The notes under the pieces: generated by a model
Told to the model about the DNA's origin: nothing
The model's database searches: none
What the model saw: only the letters and a program-made list of their open reading frames with translations
Shown here: positions 9,066 to 19,768 of the stretch, in pieces
How positions within the stretch are numbered: the stretch's first letter is position 1
How the letters are laid out: every line of letters begins with the position of its first letter
Assembly (NCBI GenBank): GCA_963677435.1
Contig: OY781945.1
Coordinates: forward strand, 1,792,001-1,856,000
Origin: an uncultured Aliarcobacter sp.
GTDB lineage: Bacteria > Campylobacterota > Campylobacteria > Campylobacterales > Arcobacteraceae
Direction of reading: 5' to 3'
Length of the DNA stretch: 64,000 bases
Made by a program: the position numbers and the translations under genes

Positions 9066-11765
9066 ATGAAAGAGAAATTTATGAAAAAAACAATTACAGT
9101 AATTGATACATTTGGATTTTTATTTAGAAGTTATTTTGCCCTTCCACCATTAAAATCAAAAGAGGGTTTCCCAACAGGTTTATTAACAGGTTTTATAAAT
9201 TTTATAGCAAATATTGGAAAAGATTTCCAAACAGATTATATAGTTTTTGCACTTGATGCAAAGGGAAATACTTTTAGAAATGACCTTTATGACAATTATA
9301 AAGCTCAAAGACCTGATGTTCCAGAAGATTTATTAAAACAACTTCCAATAGCTATTTCATGGATTGAATTAATGGGATTTAAAACAGCAATTAGAACAGG
9401 TTTTGAAGCAGATGATATTGTTGCATCAATTGCACATGATGCAAAATTAAAAGGTTTAGAAGTTCGAATTGTATCCCATGATAAAGATTTATACCAATTA
9501 ATCGAAGATGATACAATCTATTTATTTGACCCAACTAAAAGAGTTGTAATAAATGAAGCAAAATGTTTAGAAAAATACGGAGTTCACCCTTCTCAATTCA
9601 CAGATTATCAATCACTTTTAGGGGATAGTGCTGATAATATTCCTGGAGTAAAAGGAATTGGAGCAAAAACAGCAGAAGCTTTAATTCAACAGTTTGGAAC
9701 TTTAGAAAATATATATGCAAATTTAGAAAATATTGAGAAAAAAAGATGGAAAACATTACTTGAAGATAGTCGTGAAATGGCTTTTCTTTCAAAACAGCTT
9801 GTTACTTTATCAAGAGATTGTCATGTAATTGATGATTTGAATAATTTTTTATTACCTTCTGAAAATCCAATATTGAAAATAAGCGATATTTTACATCAAT
9901 ACGATATGGCAAAAGTTCTTGATAGAATAAACAAAAATGGGATGTCTTATAAAACAGAAATTCCAAAAGAGATTGAAAAAAACGATAATATTGAGTATGT
10001 TCTATTAAATGATGAAAATAAATTATCCCTAGCTATAAATACGATTCCAAGGGATGCAATAGTTGCTTTTGACACAGAAACCACAGATATTGATACACAA
10101 AAAGCTCAAATTGTTGGTTTTTCATTTGCCTATGAAAAAAATAAAGCTTATTATGTTCCTATTGCTCACTCATATTTAGGAGCTCCTGAGCAAATTTCAA
10201 AAGATGCTGCACGACAAGCAATTACACAATTAAATAGACATAAATTAGTATTACAAAATTTTAAATACGATTATGCAGTTATTAGACACAATTTTGATAT
10301 AGAGTTAAAACTATACGCAGATACAATGATTTTATCATGGCTTTTAAATACAAATGAAAAAGTTGGACTCGATTATCAAGTTGATAAATATTTTAATCAT
10401 AAAATGATTTCATTTAAAGATGTTGTAAAAAAAGGTGAAAATTTCTCAAATGTTGATGTATATAAAGCTTGTGAATATGCAGCAGAAGATGCCTTGATGA
10501 CACTTAAACTATTTAATAAACAATTAGAAATTTTCAAAGAAAAAGAAGATGCAGATTTACTAAAACTTGCCTTTGATTTAGAGTTTGAATTTATTTATGT
10601 TTTAGCTGACATGGAAAATAATGGAATAAAAGTTGATGTTAATTTACTGCAAGAGTTAAAAGGTACAAACAATAAATATATTCAAGAACTAACTTCAAAT
10701 ATCTATCAAGTTGCAGGTGTTGAGTTTAATATTAACTCTCCAAAGCAACTAGGAGTTGTTCTATTTGAAACATTAGGGCTTGCAACATCTAAAAAAACAA
10801 AAACAGGTTATAGTACAGATGAAGCTGTTTTAAGTGGTTTAGTAGATGAACATGATGTAATTCCTCTTTTATTAAAATACAGAGAAGCTTATAAGCTTCA
10901 ATCAACTTATATTGAGCCATTATTAGATCTTGGATTAAAAAATACAGATAATAGAATTCATACTTCATTTTTACATACAGGAACAGCAACAGGAAGATTA
11001 AGTTCAAAAAATCCAAATTTACAAAATATTCCAGTTCGAGCTGGAAGTGGTTCAAAAATTAGAGAAGCCTTTATTCCAAAAGATGGATATAAACTTGTGG
11101 GAATTGATTACTCTCAAATAGAACTAAGATTGTTAGCTCACTTTAGCGGTGATGAGGCTTTAGTTGATGCTTTTAGAAATGATTTAGATATTCACTACCA
11201 AACAGCAGTTAAAATTTTCGGGCAAGAACAAGCAAAAGAGAGAAGATCAATTGCAAAATCTATAAACTTTGGATTATTGTATGGAATGGGAAGTAAAAAG
11301 CTAGGTGATACTTTAGGAATTCCATCAAAAGAAGCAAAACTTTATATAGATTCATATTTTGAAGCATTTAAAAGTGTAAAAGATTATCTAAAATCAATAG
11401 AAGATTTTGCCCATGTAAATGGCTACATAAAAACATTATTAAATAGAAAAAGGTTGTTTGATTTTGACTCTGCAAATGCAATGATTAAAGCTGCATATTT
11501 AAGAGAAGCAGTTAATACATTGTTTCAAGGAAGTGCAGCTGATTTAATTAAATTATCAATGGTTAAAATATATGAAAAATATAAAAATAATAATAACATG
11601 AGAATGCTATTACAAATCCATGATGAACTTATATTTGAAGTTAAAGAAGAATTTGTACAAGAAATAACTAAAGATTTAAAAGAAATAATGGAAAATGTGT
11701 ATAAATTAAATATACCATTAAAAGTATCAGTATCTATTGGAAATTCATGGCAAGAATTGAAGTAA
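9066..11765 (+). CDS. polA: DNA polymerase I (likely start 9081)
   Basis: 5'-3' exonuclease (EADD, GDSADNIPGV), FDTET 3'-5' exonuclease, TGRLSS, DYSQIELR, QIHDEL. Confidence 0.98.
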   Translation: MKEKFMKKTITVIDTFGFLFRSYFALPPLKSKEGFPTGLLTGFINFIANIGKDFQTDYIVFALDAKGNTFRNDLYDNYKAQRPDVPEDLLKQLPIAISWIELMGFKTAIRTGFEADDIVASIAHDAKLKGLEVRIVSHDKDLYQLIEDDTIYLFDPTKRVVINEAKCLEKYGVHPSQFTDYQSLLGDSADNIPGVKGIGAKTAEALIQQFGTLENIYANLENIEKKRWKTLLEDSREMAFLSKQLVTLSRDCHVIDDLNNFLLPSENPILKISDILHQYDMAKVLDRINKNGMSYKTEIPKEIEKNDNIEYVLLNDENKLSLAINTIPRDAIVAFDTETTDIDTQKAQIVGFSFAYEKNKAYYVPIAHSYLGAPEQISKDAARQAITQLNRHKLVLQNFKYDYAVIRHNFDIELKLYADTMILSWLLNTNEKVGLDYQVDKYFNHKMISFKDVVKKGENFSNVDVYKACEYAAEDALMTLKLFNKQLEIFKEKEDADLLKLAFDLEFEFIYVLADMENNGIKVDVNLLQELKGTNNKYIQELTSNIYQVAGVEFNINSPKQLGVVLFETLGLATSKKTKTGYSTDEAVLSGLVDEHDVIPLLLKYREAYKLQSTYIEPLLDLGLKNTDNRIHTSFLHTGTATGRLSSKNPNLQNIPVRAGSGSKIREAFIPKDGYKLVGIDYSQIELRLLAHFSGDEALVDAFRNDLDIHYQTAVKIFGQEQAKERRSIAKSINFGLLYGMGSKKLGDTLGIPSKEAKLYIDSYFEAFKSVKDYLKSIEDFAHVNGYIKTLLNRKRLFDFDSANAMIKAAYLREAVNTLFQGSAADLIKLSMVKIYEKYKNNNNMRMLLQIHDELIFEVKEEFVQEITKDLKEIMENVYKLNIPLKVSVSIGNSWQELK

Positions 11766-11872
11766 ATTTAAATTTATAAAAAAAATTAATATTTTTATAA
11801 TTTGCTTTGACAAATTTTAAAATTTTAGTTATTATTATATTTTAAACCAAAATATTATTAAAGAGAACTATT

Positions 11873-12577
11873 ATGTTAAAAACAGTGAAAAATATTAGAA
11901 AACTTTACAACGCAAAACTACTTTTTATAAGTAGTGATGAAAAGATAAATGAATCAATTGGAAATGAATTTGATGATTACTTTAAAGAATTAAAAGTTAC
12001 ATCAAATTTAAAAGATGCCTTAACACTTGCGTGTTCAAATAATTATGATATGGCTATTATTGATGCAGATACAGTTGGTATCTCTTTTTCAGAACTTTGT
12101 TCTGAGTTATCAGCATTAGCTCCTTCATTACCAAAAATTGTTGTTTCGGATTCAGATAATAATGAAAACATAGTTACAGCAATTAATTCTGGTGCATATA
12201 CATTTTTATCAAAACCATTGAGAGCAAAAGATTTAAAATTAGCAGTTATTATGTGTTTAAATCAAACAAAAAGAGGTGATAAAATAGAATTTGAAAATGG
12301 AATCTATTTTGATGAGTATAGAGATCAGTTCTTTAAATCAGGTGGAATTCTAATTGATTTTACAAGATTAGAAAAATCTTTTTTAAAATTATTAATTACT
12401 AAGCGAAATGATATCACTGATTATGATATAATAAAAGATGTTGTTTGGAAAGGTAAAGATATGTCTATTTATACTATGAGAAATATAGTTAATAAAATTA
12501 GACAAAAAACATATTATGAAATTATCAAAAACCACTCTAACAAGGGCTATACAATAGATATTCTTAAGTCAAATTAA
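11873..12577 (+). CDS. Response regulator, REC plus winged-helix DNA-binding domain (atypical receiver)
   Basis: IID and KP receiver motifs, C-terminal wHTH (NIVNKIRQK...GY); N-terminal acidic pair degenerate. Confidence 0.8.
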   Translation: MLKTVKNIRKLYNAKLLFISSDEKINESIGNEFDDYFKELKVTSNLKDALTLACSNNYDMAIIDADTVGISFSELCSELSALAPSLPKIVVSDSDNNENIVTAINSGAYTFLSKPLRAKDLKLAVIMCLNQTKRGDKIEFENGIYFDEYRDQFFKSGGILIDFTRLEKSFLKLLITKRNDITDYDIIKDVVWKGKDMSIYTMRNIVNKIRQKTYYEIIKNHSNKGYTIDILKSN

Positions 12578-12616
12578 TTATATTGATTTGCAAAATCTAA
12601 ATAAAAAAGTTATAAT

Positions 12617-12811
12617 ATGGAAGAACTGATTGTTTCCAAAGAAGAATTAATCCAATTATTTGAGAGTCAAGTTATAGAAGATACGGGACGAGCTTGGTTA
12701 ATGGATGGTAAAGTTATTGAAATAGTAGCTTTGCATGATATTGAACCAAAATTTCTTCAGGATATTACTAATGCTAAGTTCTATAAACTAATAATCAAAG
12801 GTAATAAATAA
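12617..12811 (+). CDS. Small hypothetical protein
   Basis: 64-aa ORF, stop overlaps the next start. Confidence 0.65.
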   Translation: MEELIVSKEELIQLFESQVIEDTGRAWLMDGKVIEIVALHDIEPKFLQDITNAKFYKLIIKGNK

Positions 12812-13083
12812 TGTCGCATTGTCCTTTCTGCAAAAAAAAGATTGCTATGAGTAAGGCTTTTTGCTCTAGAAGCTGTAAAGAGAATTATTTTCAATTAATA
12901 GCTATACAGGTACCAAAACCTTTTTTAAAAAGAATTTTTGTATTTTGTACACCAGAACAAAGAGATGCTGAAATAGAGAATTTTGCAAGTAGGCATGGTT
13001 GGAGACTAGATTTATTAAGAAACAAAATTGCCGAACTTGCAATTGATGCTGGATATACTAAAGAGATAAAAATAAGTAGTTAA
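12811..13083 (+). CDS. Zn-ribbon domain protein (DUF2116-like)
   Basis: HCPFC...FCSRSC at N terminus. Confidence 0.75.
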   Translation: MSHCPFCKKKIAMSKAFCSRSCKENYFQLIAIQVPKPFLKRIFVFCTPEQRDAEIENFASRHGWRLDLLRNKIAELAIDAGYTKEIKISS

Positions 13084-13093
13084 ATTTAACTAC

Positions 13094-13897
13094 TTATTTT
13101 TTTATTTTCATATAAACTACTATACAAATTCCAAAAACTATTAATGATTGTAAAATACCCATTGTAAGCCAATTACTATAAATAAATCCTAATTGAATAT
13201 CTGGTTGTCTAAAGAACTCTGCTATTATTCTGGCTGTTGAATACAACATTCCATACATTAAAGCTAATTGTCCATCAAAAGTTTTTCTTTTTCTTAGATA
13301 AACTAAAATTACAAAAACCATTAACCCCTCAAGAATGGCTTCATATATTTGAGAAGGATGTCTTAAAACTTGTCCTACATAAATTCCCCAAGAAACATCT
13401 GTTGCTCGTCCAACTAATTCTTGATTAAAGAAGTTTCCGAATCTTCCAAAAACATAAGCTGCTGAAATACCCAGTACGGCAATATCTGTTATAAACCAAA
13501 AAGAGATTTTATTTTTTCTGCAAAACAGATATGAAGCAATAATAAAACCAAAAAATGCTCCATGATAACTCATTCCTGAAATTCCTGCATAAACTCCATC
13601 TATGTATGGATTAAATATTTGCCAAGGGTGAGTCAAATAATAACTAGTATGAGTATCATAAAAGAGAACATATCCTAATCTTGCACCTAAAATTACTCCA
13701 ATCTCTGCCCACCAAATATATGAATCAAATAGTTCATTTGAAATTGGTAATTTATCATGTTTTATAAACCATTTTGCTACAAATATTGCACTAATTAAAG
13801 CAAGGGCATACATTATCCCATACCAATGAACAGCAACTGGACCTAAATTAAAAGCGATAGGATTAAAGTGTGAATATATATTTTGCCAATATTCCAT
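13094..13897 (-). CDS. lgt: Prolipoprotein diacylglyceryl transferase
   Basis: HWYG, GARLGYVLFY, GMSYHG, RFGNFFNQE, HPSQIYE, EFFRQPD. Confidence 0.97.
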   Translation of the reverse strand: MEYWQNIYSHFNPIAFNLGPVAVHWYGIMYALALISAIFVAKWFIKHDKLPISNELFDSYIWWAEIGVILGARLGYVLFYDTHTSYYLTHPWQIFNPYIDGVYAGISGMSYHGAFFGFIIASYLFCRKNKISFWFITDIAVLGISAAYVFGRFGNFFNQELVGRATDVSWGIYVGQVLRHPSQIYEAILEGLMVFVILVYLRKRKTFDGQLALMYGMLYSTARIIAEFFRQPDIQLGFIYSNWLTMGILQSLIVFGICIVVYMKIKK

Positions 13898-15195
13898 TAG
13901 TTCTCCAATGCTTCAGCAATTAGCTCAATTGGGTTTTTAAATTGAACATCAACATCTGCTAAGAATAATGAGTTTGTTATTTGCATTCTACAGGCACTAC
14001 ATTCTGCACTTACAATTTGAGCTTTTGTCTCTTTTATCATTGCAGCTTTTGGTGCACCTGCTGCTTTTGCAAAACTATATTTTTCTGTTTGCATAGTAAC
14101 TCCACCAAATCCACAGCATCTATTTGAATCACTCATTTCAGTTAATACATAATTTTGAGATAATAAACTTCTAGGTTCTTTCCAAACACCTTGCATTTTT
14201 TTTGCATGACATGGATCATGGTAAGTTACTAATTGATCGAACTTTTTACCACTGTTAGCAAGTAAGTTTTTTAAATCTGTACTATTTTCTAGCCATTTTG
14301 TAGCCATAAATATTTTTTCAGATAATTTAGCAGCTCTTTCTTTCCATTGGGGCTGATTATGGAAGTAATGTTCCCAATCTTGTTTTATCATAGCACTACA
14401 TGTTGCTTCTGGAATAATTACAGCATCTACTTCATCAATCCAAGTTTCAAAATATTCGATATTTTTTTTAGCAAGATAATCAACTGTATCAAAATCACCT
14501 GTAAAATATGCAGGTGCTCCACAACAAAGTTGTTTTTTGGGAATCATAATATCAAGTTCAAGTTTTTTTAGAATTTTAACTAAAGAATCACCTGTGTTTG
14601 TGTAAGTATAATTACTCATACATCCTATGAAAATTGCAACTTTATTTTTTTTAGTTTCTTCTATTTTTTTATTCGCTGCTAAAATATTTTCTGGATATTT
14701 ATTTAAAAAACTTCTTGAATCTGCAAAGGGTAAAACTCTTCCTTTTTTTACTATTGGAAGTGAAAATCTAGGAAGTGCAGATTGTTTCTTTTCATCTAGC
14801 TTTAAAGCACATGTTTGGAACATCCATCCTAATTTTGATAGGAAATCCATAGTTTTTCTATGTCTTAATAAAAAGAAAAATAGTCTTTTATACCAAGCAA
14901 TTCCGAATTTTTTTGCAATATCGCTTCTTACTTGTTCAATTATCATGTCTGTTGGCAAATCATTTGGACATACTTCAACACAATTTGTGCATAAAAAACA
15001 TGATTCAAATATATCTTTTGCTGTTTTGTCAAGTTCTAGCTCATTTCTTTCATAAGCTCCTAATAAATCAATAAATCCTCTAGGACTCGTAGCTTCATCT
15101 TGATTTATATTAAAAATAGTACAAACGGGTTTACATTTTCCACATTTAACACAGTCATCTGAAATAGCTGTGTAATTAAATTTATTCATTGACAC
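13897..15195 (-). CDS. Fe-S oxidoreductase subunit (GlcF/GlpC-like, two 4Fe-4S motifs plus CCG domains)
   Basis: CVKCGKCKPVC, CFLCTNCVEVCP, CCGAP, YHDPCH, CCGFGG. Confidence 0.9.
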   Translation of the reverse strand: MSMNKFNYTAISDDCVKCGKCKPVCTIFNINQDEATSPRGFIDLLGAYERNELELDKTAKDIFESCFLCTNCVEVCPNDLPTDMIIEQVRSDIAKKFGIAWYKRLFFFLLRHRKTMDFLSKLGWMFQTCALKLDEKKQSALPRFSLPIVKKGRVLPFADSRSFLNKYPENILAANKKIEETKKNKVAIFIGCMSNYTYTNTGDSLVKILKKLELDIMIPKKQLCCGAPAYFTGDFDTVDYLAKKNIEYFETWIDEVDAVIIPEATCSAMIKQDWEHYFHNQPQWKERAAKLSEKIFMATKWLENSTDLKNLLANSGKKFDQLVTYHDPCHAKKMQGVWKEPRSLLSQNYVLTEMSDSNRCCGFGGVTMQTEKYSFAKAAGAPKAAMIKETKAQIVSAECSACRMQITNSLFLADVDVQFKNPIELIAEALEN

Positions 15196-15292
15196 TTATC
15201 TAACCTTTTAACTTTAAAAATTTTAATATTTATAATAAAAATTTAATATACAAAAATAATGGTTAAAAGTTGTTAAATAGCTATTTTGTAAG

Positions 15293-16276
15293 CTATGGCA
15301 ATTGGGATTTTGCTTTTATTTTTTCTTCTAAGTTTTTACTTGTTCTGCTTATTCCAAAATTAATTAATTCTAAATATTTCACATTCAAAGTTAGAAGTTT
15401 TGCTTTATTATAAAGCTCATTTGCAAGTTGAAGCTGATTGTATGCTTCATAAATTAATGCTAAATCATATGTTACTTCAAAACTCTTTCCATTAAATTCA
15501 TTATCTAGTTTTTCAAGTTCTATTTTTGCTAAATCAAGGTTTTTAGTTAAAATCAACTCAACAACTTTTTCAAATCTTTTTTCTTGTTCTTTTGAAAAAA
15601 CAAAAGTTTCTTCATTTAATTCATCAATTATTTCAATATCATAATAGACATAATGTGGTGAAATATCATCTAAAATATCACTTGCAATGTCATTTGCTAT
15701 TTGAGTGTTTACTCTAAACTTATCACTAGTATTTGAATAAAAAGGATAAGGATGATAGTCATAACACATACTGTCAAAACTTGATTTGTCGTATGTTTTT
15801 GCAAAAATTAAATTATTTGTTATTGGTTTTATTAGTTTTATATTTGTTGTGACATTATATTCTCGTTTTTCACAAGGAATTAGTCTTGTTCTATACTCAA
15901 TACATTGTTTTGATTTACTTTTTTCATCATATCTGTAGTATCTACATCTTGAATAATCAACTTCTGTTCTATAATAAACTTGAATATCTAAAGATGAATT
16001 TAAAACTTCACCTGTTAGGATAGCATCTGTTCCAAAGTCATTATTTCTTAATTCAAAAACTCTTTTATTATCAATAGTTTTATTTGCAATTTTATCTACT
16101 AAGCTAGCAGTTTGATTAACATCATCCCTATAAAATCTATCAACTCTTATGGTATATATCTTATCTTTTTCAATTTTTGAAGGATATAAAGATTTTATGG
16201 TTAATCTTTTTGTACTACAAGCACTAAAAAATAGAGCTAAAACTACAGCTAAAAATATATTAAAAACAATTTTCAT
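15293..16276 (-). CDS. Putative lipoprotein with C-terminal TPR-like helices
   Basis: Signal peptide with lipobox FSAC; C-terminal YDLALIYEA repeat-like helix. Confidence 0.75.
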   Translation of the reverse strand: MKIVFNIFLAVVLALFFSACSTKRLTIKSLYPSKIEKDKIYTIRVDRFYRDDVNQTASLVDKIANKTIDNKRVFELRNNDFGTDAILTGEVLNSSLDIQVYYRTEVDYSRCRYYRYDEKSKSKQCIEYRTRLIPCEKREYNVTTNIKLIKPITNNLIFAKTYDKSSFDSMCYDYHPYPFYSNTSDKFRVNTQIANDIASDILDDISPHYVYYDIEIIDELNEETFVFSKEQEKRFEKVVELILTKNLDLAKIELEKLDNEFNGKSFEVTYDLALIYEAYNQLQLANELYNKAKLLTLNVKYLELINFGISRTSKNLEEKIKAKSQLP

Positions 16277-16392
16277 ATTAATCCTTTAAAAGTGTATTAT
16301 ATCTTATTTGTATAAATTAACCCGATTGAGCTTTTTCAAATAAGAATAAATTAATACTAAAATGAGATAATAATGTATTTTATAAAAGGAAT

Positions 16393-16878
16393 TTGATAAT
16401 GGGATTTTTCACAGCAGATTTATGTGATGTATTTAGTAAAAAAACAGAAGTTTTAGGACCTGATTTTAACTCTTATGGGGGAAGTAAGAAGTTTAAAGGA
16501 GTTGCAATAACAGTAAAACTTGATAAAAATAATAGAGATTTAGCAACACTTTTAAAAGATAATAATGGTCTTGGAAAAGTTGTAATTGTTGATGTGGATA
16601 TGCAATATTATGCTGTTGTTGGTGATAATTTAATGAAATTTGCGTATGAAAATAAATATGAGGGAATTATTGTAAATGGTTATGTACGAGATACAGTAAC
16701 TACAAAAGAGTTTGATATAGGATTACTTGCAAAAGGTACTTGTCCTAGAAAATATATTCCTATGCAAGATGCTCAAATTAATATTCCCGTAATTATTGAT
16801 GGTGTTGAAATTAACCCTGGAGATTATGTTTATGTTGATCCTGATGGAATAGTAATTAGTAAAGAAAAATTGGTTTAA
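16393..16878 (+). CDS. RraA family protein / HMG aldolase-like
   Basis: TADLCD, AVVGDNL, GYVRD, GDYVYVDPDG. Confidence 0.9.
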   Translation: MIMGFFTADLCDVFSKKTEVLGPDFNSYGGSKKFKGVAITVKLDKNNRDLATLLKDNNGLGKVVIVDVDMQYYAVVGDNLMKFAYENKYEGIIVNGYVRDTVTTKEFDIGLLAKGTCPRKYIPMQDAQINIPVIIDGVEINPGDYVYVDPDGIVISKEKLV

Positions 16879-16879
16879 T

Positions 16880-17455
16880 ATGTATCTTTTTGGATTTGGC
16901 TCTTTAATAAACTTATCAAGTGCTCAAAAATCTTTTAAAAGAGTTTTAACTCAAGATGATTTAATACCTGTAAAAATAAAAGGTTATGAGAGAGTTTGGA
17001 ATGCAATAGAATCCATACAATTTGAAGATGAATTGGTACATGGAGTTTTCTTAAATATTCAAAAAAATGAAACTTCTATTTTAGATGGAGTTGTAATTGA
17101 ACTTTCACCTCAAGAGTTAGAAATTTTAAAATTAAGAGAAAAAAATTATAGTTGTATAACTATACAATCAAAAGATATTCTAAACAAAGATTTTAAAAGT
17201 GATTTAATCGCTTTTATGACTACAAATGAGGAAAAATTAGCAAAAGTAGGGGATTTAAATACTTTTATTCCCGCTAAATATGTCCATATTATAAAAGAGG
17301 CTTTAAATAATTATGATGATGATTTTGTAAAAGGATTTAAAAAATCTTTAGAAAACTATCCATTTAGTTTAAAAGAAGGCTCATATATATTCACAGATCC
17401 TATACAAAATAATGTTGCAAGAGAAGGAATAAAAAAACAAGATGAATCAAAATAA
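16880..17455 (+). CDS. Gamma-glutamylcyclotransferase-fold protein
   Basis: YLFGFGSLI start, GYERVW, LKLREKNY (GGCT/ChaC-like pattern). Confidence 0.75.
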   Translation: MYLFGFGSLINLSSAQKSFKRVLTQDDLIPVKIKGYERVWNAIESIQFEDELVHGVFLNIQKNETSILDGVVIELSPQELEILKLREKNYSCITIQSKDILNKDFKSDLIAFMTTNEEKLAKVGDLNTFIPAKYVHIIKEALNNYDDDFVKGFKKSLENYPFSLKEGSYIFTDPIQNNVAREGIKKQDESK

Positions 17456-19667
17456 TTGCTTTATACATATTTCAAAATTATGTAATACAAAAAGAAAAAC
17501 TGTTGATGATAGTTGTATTGTAAAGAAAAATAATGAGTTACATATAACATATTGTGAAAATGATTCATTTGAAAAATTTGAAAATGATTTGAATTCTTTA
17601 GCAGGAAGTTCTTCTTTATTTTATTTTTTTAAGAAGAGATTTTCAACAGTTTTTATTTCAATAATTTCTGTTTTTGTTATTTTATTAGGATTTCTATCCG
17701 TATCTATTTATGAAGATTTTCTTAAAAAAATGATTTTTCAATCACCATTCTCTTGGGTTTTTAATGATTATGTAGCTTTTGGTTTTGTATTTATTTTTTT
17801 TCTTGGATTATTAATTATGCCTTCTCTTTTGGATGGAGAAGGAAGTGAATTTAAAAATCTCATTTCAAGTTGGTTTAATAAAGATGTTAGAAAACTAAAA
17901 AAATTAAAATTGAGTTTTTCAAATTTTGATAAAAAAGTAGTTGTTCATCTTTATAATTTTGACTTAGAAGATTCAAATCATTGGCTTTGGAAAATATATA
18001 TAAACACAGTTTTAAATAGATTTAATGATGTTCATTTTTATATTAGAAATGATAAGGTTCAAAATATAACTAAAAGATTGAAAAAATTTAATGTATTAGA
18101 TTTAGAAGTAATAAAAGATGAAATTATTTCTAAAAAGTGTGATGTTGAAATTCTGCTTTCTTCAAAAGAGCAGAAATTATACTCATTATTACAACTTTGT
18201 TCAACTACCATATTAAAACAAAGGGACAAAAAAAGTTTTATATCATTAGAACTTTTTGAATATTGTGGAAAAAATTTCATAAAAGAGGAACAAGATTCTA
18301 AAAATCAACTAATTTTTGGTTTCCAAAATTTTATAAATAGAAGTTTTGATGACTTTAAATTTTTAGCTCAAGAAAAATCTTTACAGCTATATTTCACTTC
18401 AAATGTAACTTTTAAAGATTTAAGTGAAGAAGAGAAAAGGTTGGCATATTATCTTAGAAATCATATTGAAGAGTGTGTCTCTACTTTTGAAAATCCAATA
18501 TCATTTTTGATTTTATATTATTATGTAAAAGATATTGTTTTAAATCAAAGAAGAACTATAAAAATTTTAGAAAAATTCATAAGTTCTATGAAACAAAAAG
18601 AACAATATGAATTAGTAAACTTTTATTGGTTTGAAATTGCAGGTTTTATGTTTGATTTTAATGATGTAAATACTTTTGAAAGTTCAAATAACTCTTATTA
18701 TAGAAAATTATCTATCGAAACCTTGAATGATTTAATCTTTTTATTTGAAAGAAATGGTCATTTTGAACAAGCAATTTTATTAACAAACTATTTATATGAA
18801 ATAAATCCAAATAAATATGCTTTAAATATCTGTTCATTATATGAAAGAATGGGACAATTTGAGCTTGCATATAACAGTTTACCAAAAACATTAGAAATAG
18901 GAAAAAATTCAAAACCAACTGATATTGAAGTTAGATATTTTCAAAGAAAAGCCGCTTGGATTATTATTTCTCAAAGAAATGAAGAGTTAAAACATGAGGG
19001 AATTAAATCTTTAAATAAATTAGAAGAGTTACTCTTCTCACACAATGAAGATAATAATCCATTATGGTTATGGCACTTTTATAATATAAAGGCTAATTTA
19101 GAAGAGTGGAATGAAAACTATGATGAAGCAATAAAATATTATAAAAAATCTCTTTCAATTCCAACTTTGGGTGCTTTTGAATATGGTGGGACTTTTATAA
19201 ATATGTCTATTTCTTACAGATTTAAATATATTCAAGAAGTTGAGAAAAATATAAAAACTATTGATAAATCTATAAAATTAGGAAGATTAGGGCTTGTTTT
19301 AAAACAATCAGTTGGTGATAGGGATGAAATGCCAATTGTTTTACACAATTTGGCTTTAAATATTTTATATAAAATTTTATACACCTCAATGGATACAAGT
19401 TTATGTAATGAAGTTTTAGAACTTACAAAAGAGGCTTTAGAAATATTAGATAAAACAAAATCAATAAAAAGATTAGGAATGGTATTAATAGAAAATTATA
19501 TTGCAAAATCTTTATTTAAATTAAAAACTAATGATATTGTTGAAAAACTTGAAAAACATATCTCACTTTTAGGGCAAAGTGAGTTAACTCAATTGTTAAA
19601 TATATACCAAGAGTTTGAAAAAATAAACAAAATTAAAAAAATAGAATTTTTAGATAAATTAATTTAA
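17442..19667 (+). CDS. Membrane-anchored TPR-repeat protein
   Basis: Two N-terminal hydrophobic segments; C-terminal TPR-like repeats (LYERMGQFELAY, YDEAIKYYKKSL). Confidence 0.7.
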   Translation: MNQNNCFIHISKLCNTKRKTVDDSCIVKKNNELHITYCENDSFEKFENDLNSLAGSSSLFYFFKKRFSTVFISIISVFVILLGFLSVSIYEDFLKKMIFQSPFSWVFNDYVAFGFVFIFFLGLLIMPSLLDGEGSEFKNLISSWFNKDVRKLKKLKLSFSNFDKKVVVHLYNFDLEDSNHWLWKIYINTVLNRFNDVHFYIRNDKVQNITKRLKKFNVLDLEVIKDEIISKKCDVEILLSSKEQKLYSLLQLCSTTILKQRDKKSFISLELFEYCGKNFIKEEQDSKNQLIFGFQNFINRSFDDFKFLAQEKSLQLYFTSNVTFKDLSEEEKRLAYYLRNHIEECVSTFENPISFLILYYYVKDIVLNQRRTIKILEKFISSMKQKEQYELVNFYWFEIAGFMFDFNDVNTFESSNNSYYRKLSIETLNDLIFLFERNGHFEQAILLTNYLYEINPNKYALNICSLYERMGQFELAYNSLPKTLEIGKNSKPTDIEVRYFQRKAAWIIISQRNEELKHEGIKSLNKLEELLFSHNEDNNPLWLWHFYNIKANLEEWNENYDEAIKYYKKSLSIPTLGAFEYGGTFINMSISYRFKYIQEVEKNIKTIDKSIKLGRLGLVLKQSVGDRDEMPIVLHNLALNILYKILYTSMDTSLCNEVLELTKEALEILDKTKSIKRLGMVLIENYIAKSLFKLKTNDIVEKLEKHISLLGQSELTQLLNIYQEFEKINKIKKIEFLDKLI

Positions 19668-19768
19668 AAATTATATTTTCAAATAAGCTCTTTTATGACT
19701 TGATTCTTATAGTGGTTAGTAGTATAATTAAAATAAATTACTAATTAGTATTATTAAAAGGAATAATC

